DNA from: an uncultured Verrucomicrobiae bacterium
GTDB lineage: Bacteria > Verrucomicrobiota > Verrucomicrobiia > Chthoniobacterales > JAFAMB01
DNA: 64,000 nucleotides
Reading direction: 5' to 3'
NCBI GenBank assembly: GCA_963837955.1
Contig: CAWIPH010000002.1
Span: forward strand, 448,001 to 512,000
In this document: positions 60,202 to 64,000 of the stretch, in pieces
Layout: each line of letters opens with the position of its first letter
How positions within the stretch are numbered: the first letter of the stretch is position 1
Translations under genes and position numbers: made by a program
The notes under the pieces: generated by a model
Databases searched by the model: none
The model's input: the letters and a program-made list of their open reading frames with translations, nothing else
Told to the model about the DNA's origin: nothing

Positions 60202-60409
60202 AGCTGAAGATAAGTTTTTGAGCAGGTTAGGGGGCCCAGGTCGCCTTTGGGTGACGGTCCTGGGGAGGTATTCTTCGTCAATATGTTGTTAAGGTAGACG
60301 TCCTTGCAGAAACGACGCAGCCACTCAATCATGAAGATGTGCTCCTGCACAAGCCCGTTAGTTGGCCGGAAAAGGAAAATTTCTCCTCCGATCCGCGCCG
60401 GTGAGGCGA

Positions 60410-61075
60410 CTAGCTGAGCACAAAAGTACAGAGAAACAGCCCTGAGGCTTTTTCCTCGTGCCTTTCGACGTGGGTTTGCAGAAGCTTCTCAAACATTTCC
60501 TTTTCCAGTCGTCGCACCAGCGGAAATGCTTCGATCAGATCCATGATGGCAGAGTGATACTCGAGAATTAAAAGTTGCGGACCCTCTACGAACTCCGAAA
60601 GACATCCCTCTTCGTCCCGGATTTTTGCCAAGCGGGCGGCCCGGGTCTTCAAGTCCCCTTCCTTGAGCCGTTCCGCGTACCCTTTCGTTTTTTCCCGGAA
60701 AAGGGCGACCAGCAATTTTTCGGGCGCATTCGGGCCATAGAGTTGACGCGCCGCCTGCAAAATTTTAATCGTCGCCGGATTGGCAGCGCTTGGAAAAAAC
60801 GATGAAGCCTTTGGGGTCAAGCGATAGACAATTTCCGGGCGTCCAATCGGTTTGGGACGCCGTTTGGTATCGAGAAAGCCTTGCCGCTCGAGTTCTTCGC
60901 AGTGTTGCTTCACGCCCATGTAGCTCAGGTCTAACCGGCTAGCCAGCTCCCCGATCGCTAGGCCCTGAGTCTTCTTCAGTATGTGGACAATGCGGAGTCG
61001 CTGGGACCTGCCAAGTTCGCTAAATCGTCGGGTTGGTTTCCGCGATCTTCGCTTTCTAGTTTCCTGACTCATCAA
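60410..61075 (-). CDS. Winged-HTH transcriptional regulator (SufR/ArsR-like)
   Basis: ELASRLDLSYMGVKQHCEELERQG...GRPEIVYRLT. Confidence 0.8.
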   Translation of the reverse strand: MMSQETRKRRSRKPTRRFSELGRSQRLRIVHILKKTQGLAIGELASRLDLSYMGVKQHCEELERQGFLDTKRRPKPIGRPEIVYRLTPKASSFFPSAANPATIKILQAARQLYGPNAPEKLLVALFREKTKGYAERLKEGDLKTRAARLAKIRDEEGCLSEFVEGPQLLILEYHSAIMDLIEAFPLVRRLEKEMFEKLLQTHVERHEEKASGLFLCTFVLS

Positions 61076-61151
61076 TTCGGACTAGCGGATCCGAACGTAC
61101 TGGCCATTCGATCGCTATAGTCAACAGCGGGTTTTCTGCGATAGAGAAAGT

Positions 61152-61194
61152 CTCAAATAAGGGCGGCCGAAACCATTCCTGGCTTCGGCCGCCC
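61152..61194 (-). terminator. Possible terminator downstream of degP
   Basis: GGGCGGCCGAA...TTCGGCCGCCC 11-bp stem, followed by TTATTT on the minus strand. Confidence 0.5.
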
Positions 61195-61220
61195 GTGTAA
61201 GGAGAGATAGGGGGAACTGG

Positions 61221-62660
61221 TTACTTGCCAGTCTTAACGATAGAGTAGGTCTTTATACCTTTACGGTCCAGCAAAAGAAGCAGGCTCGCTTTCCCTTTTT
61301 GCTCGGACATTGCCTTCTGGAAAGCGTCCAGGTTGAGTACAACGGTTCGACCCACCTCCGTGATAACATCCCCCGGTTGGATATCAGCCACCGCAGCCGG
61401 ACTATTTGGCACCACATCTGTTACCACTACCCCAGTATCGGATTTCAAAGCCAATTCCTGTTTCAACTCAGGGCTCACATCCTGCACTTCGACGCCAAAC
61501 GAAGTGTTGCTAGTTTGCGGGGAGGGGGCAACGCTCGGCGCGACGGAAGCGTGCTCAGCCTCGGTCGGAAGCTCTTCTGTTTTGACCGGAAGAGTAATCT
61601 TCTTTCCGCTGCGCCAGATTCCCAGATTCACCTGATCGCCCACTTTTTTCTTTAAGATTTCCCGCTGAAGTTCCCTGGCCGAAGCTACCGGTACTCCGTC
61701 TACTTCCGTGATGACGTCCGCCGGCCGAAGCTCGCTTTTCGCGGCCGGAGTATCCGCTTGAATTGTCCGGATGACGACCCCTCTATCCACTCCTTTAAAC
61801 AAGTCTCCCCGGTTTTGCTCCGTTAGCGATTCGATAATAATACCTAGCCATGGACGAACGATCCTTCCAGTGTTGATCAATTGATCGCTGACCTGTTTGG
61901 CGAGGTTGCTCGAAATGGCAAAACCGAGTCCGCGATTCAAGCCGTGGATCAAAGTATTCATGCCGACCACTTTGGCGTCGATATCGCAGAGCGGACCTCC
62001 GCTATTCCCAGGATTAATTGCTGCGTCCGTTTGGATATAATCCTCATACTTATCAGCCAAAAGCTCATTGCGGCCCTTCGCGCTTACCACTCCGGTCGTA
62101 AATGTGTACTCAAACTTATAAGGAGCACCGATTGCGCAGACGAGTTGCCCGACTTTGACCTCGTCGCTGTTGGCCAGCTCAACAATCGGTAAATTGGTCG
62201 CTTCGACCTTGATCACTGCGATATCCGTTCGGTCGTCGGAGCCGATAACCTTCCCGGGCAGGACGCGACCATCTTTGAACTTTACCTGAATCCGGTCAGC
62301 GCCATCGATTACGTGATTATTGGTCAGGATATATCCGTCCGCACGAATGACGAATCCGGAACCCTCGCTCTGGTCCGGTTGCTCGGTGCCTTCATCGCCT
62401 TTCGGGCCTTTGAAAAAGAAATCAAAGCCCTCAAATGGGTTGTTCGTGTTGCTGGAGGTCGCGGATTTCGCCACGTCGATCACCACCACTGTGGGTGACA
62501 CGCGGTCGTAAACTTGTTCGAATGCCTCGTTGAGCTGATGTACGAGATCTTTACCCGTATTTGTCCCAGTGTTCTGCGCCGTTACCGAACCGGGAACAAT
62601 GGCGGCCAACCCGCTCAGCGAAAGCAAGAGAGCGCGTGCAATGACGATCCTCATATTCAA
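61221..62660 (-). CDS. degP: DegP/HtrA serine protease with two PDZ domains
   Basis: Signal peptide, TNNHV, DIAV, QTDAAINPGNSGGPL, two PDZ repeats. Confidence 0.92.
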   Translation of the reverse strand: MNMRIVIARALLLSLSGLAAIVPGSVTAQNTGTNTGKDLVHQLNEAFEQVYDRVSPTVVVIDVAKSATSSNTNNPFEGFDFFFKGPKGDEGTEQPDQSEGSGFVIRADGYILTNNHVIDGADRIQVKFKDGRVLPGKVIGSDDRTDIAVIKVEATNLPIVELANSDEVKVGQLVCAIGAPYKFEYTFTTGVVSAKGRNELLADKYEDYIQTDAAINPGNSGGPLCDIDAKVVGMNTLIHGLNRGLGFAISSNLAKQVSDQLINTGRIVRPWLGIIIESLTEQNRGDLFKGVDRGVVIRTIQADTPAAKSELRPADVITEVDGVPVASARELQREILKKKVGDQVNLGIWRSGKKITLPVKTEELPTEAEHASVAPSVAPSPQTSNTSFGVEVQDVSPELKQELALKSDTGVVVTDVVPNSPAAVADIQPGDVITEVGRTVVLNLDAFQKAMSEQKGKASLLLLLDRKGIKTYSIVKTGK

Positions 62661-62835
62661 AATTTAACCCACAGCATTTTACGAATTCGTCAGCCTTGGC
62701 TCGAGCTCGCGGTACAGGGAGTTGCCCATAGGAGATAAAACGATTTGCCTCCGAAACAAGAGGAAACTTTCCGTCTTCCCGTCCAATTGACAACCCAGAT
62801 CAGCCATCTAAAGTGTACCAACTAGTCAACAAATC

Positions 62836-64000
62836 ATGTATCATTTAGCTGAAACCGCTGACAAGCGGTTTGTCTCCCACGCGCCAGGTCACTGGCCCGA
62901 GGTCGATCCGGATCTCTGGAACGACTGGAAATGGCAACTCAAAAATCGGGTCACGACCATTGAACAGCTTGCTGGCAAGATCGACCTCGCCAACGAAGAG
63001 CGGGCCGGTGTGCTCTTCTCTGGAAGCAAGCTTGCTCTCGCGGTCACTCCTCATTTCTTCAATCTCATCGATCCAACCGATCTCAATTGTCCTATCCGGC
63101 GACAGGTCATTCCCCGAATCGAAGAATCGGTTCGAGCCCCACTCGAAATGGCCGATCCATGCGGCGAAGACAGCCACATGCCGGTACCGGGCTTGGTGCA
63201 CCGATATCCAGATCGAGTTTTGTTCCTGGTCACTGACCGATGCGCTTCCTACTGCCGGTACTGCACAAGAAGCCGGGTCGTCAGCGGCGTCGGGGAACAA
63301 GAACTTCATACCGAATTTGAAGAGGTTTACCGTTATCTGGAGGCCCATACTGAGGTCCGCGACGTCCTTCTCTCCGGCGGAGACGCCCTTCTGTTTTCCG
63401 ATGATAAATTGAAAGGAATTCTGCAGCGGCTCCGAGCAATCCCGCATATCGAGTTTTTACGGATTGGTACCCGCGTGCCGATCTTCTTACCCCAGCGGAT
63501 TACGCCTGAACTGTGTCAGATGCTGCAACAGTTCCATCCGCTATGGATGAGCGTGCACGTCAATCATCCTCGCGAATTGACTCTGGAGGTCAAAGCGGGG
63601 CTCGAGCGCTTGGCAAACCATGGTATTCCTCTAGGCAACCAAAGCGTTCTGCTAAAAGGGGTAAACGACGATGTCGAAGTGATGCGGACTTTGGTGCACA
63701 AACTTTTGCGTTGCCGGGTCCGACCTTACTATCTCTATCAATGCGATCTGATCCATGGATCTGCCCACTTGCGCACCTCCGTCGCAAAAGGGATCGAGAT
63801 CATTGAAGGGCTGCGCGGACATACCTCCGGGTACGCCATTCCTCAGTTTGTCATCGACGCCCCGGGCGGTGGAGGCAAGGTTCCGATCAATCCCGGTTAC
63901 GTTCTGTATCACGATCAGGAGAAAGTCGTCATCCGGAATTATGAAGGGAAGATCTTCGAATATCCGGAGCAAGACCAACCCGTGACGTCGTTCCGGGTTC
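62836..64000 (+). CDS. kamA: KamA-family radical SAM protein (lysine 2,3-aminomutase-like), 3' end outside the window
   Basis: Manual translation from ATG 62836: WNDWKWQLKN, GLVHRYPDRVL, CASYCRYCTR, LSGGD, RIGTRVP, NHPRE, NQSVLL, PYYLYQCD, DAPGGGGK. Confidence 0.9.
   Translation, partial: MYHLAETADKRFVSHAPGHWPEVDPDLWNDWKWQLKNRVTTIEQLAGKIDLANEERAGVLFSGSKLALAVTPHFFNLIDPTDLNCPIRRQVIPRIEESVRAPLEMADPCGEDSHMPVPGLVHRYPDRVLFLVTDRCASYCRYCTRSRVVSGVGEQELHTEFEEVYRYLEAHTEVRDVLLSGGDALLFSDDKLKGILQRLRAIPHIEFLRIGTRVPIFLPQRITPELCQMLQQFHPLWMSVHVNHPRELTLEVKAGLERLANHGIPLGNQSVLLKGVNDDVEVMRTLVHKLLRCRVRPYYLYQCDLIHGSAHLRTSVAKGIEIIEGLRGHTSGYAIPQFVIDAPGGGGKVPINPGYVLYHDQEKVVIRNYEGKIFEYPEQDQPVTSFRV

Noticed and set aside
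62845..63985. Several ORFs in the track at the right end
   Set aside because: Shadow frames of the KamA-family gene, which the track misses because it has no stop inside the window
1..64000. tRNA, rRNA, transposase, prophage or intein
   Set aside because: None recognised by eye; dnaB has normal length

Overview
Bacterial chromosomal window of moderately high GC. Gene content and protein style suggest Verrucomicrobiota (Chthoniobacterales/Spartobacteria-like); this is an inference, not a database result. It is mostly housekeeping: nuoD-J (with an inserted lipoprotein gene) divergent from NDH-2, a UbiA-family prenyltransferase, metH, lysA, folD, gnd, moaE, pgsA, a polysaccharide export trio (beta-barrel, Wzc-like kinase, short OPX), ruvA, lpxK, thrB, rph, gmd, rpmB, rpmI-rplT-pheST, a probable 6S RNA, glf, nrdR, dnaB, rplI, a sigma70 factor, degP and a partial KamA gene. 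Two loci stand out. (1) At 28.0-30.1 kb a GxxExxY nuclease-fold gene is bracketed by inward-facing repeat arrays whose units carry inverted copies of the junction sequence from the opposite end of the locus, with a cargo gene between two units. (2) At 39.7-42.7 kb a translationally coupled operon encodes a small membrane protein, a cobalamin-dependent radical SAM enzyme and a stand-alone nitric oxide synthase oxygenase. Intergenic DNA is rich in GTAG-type REP elements, 7-9 bp tandem arrays and a 233-bp element with perfect 39-bp terminal inverted repeats. All alignments were done by eye; start codons of several genes were re-picked from the ORF track.
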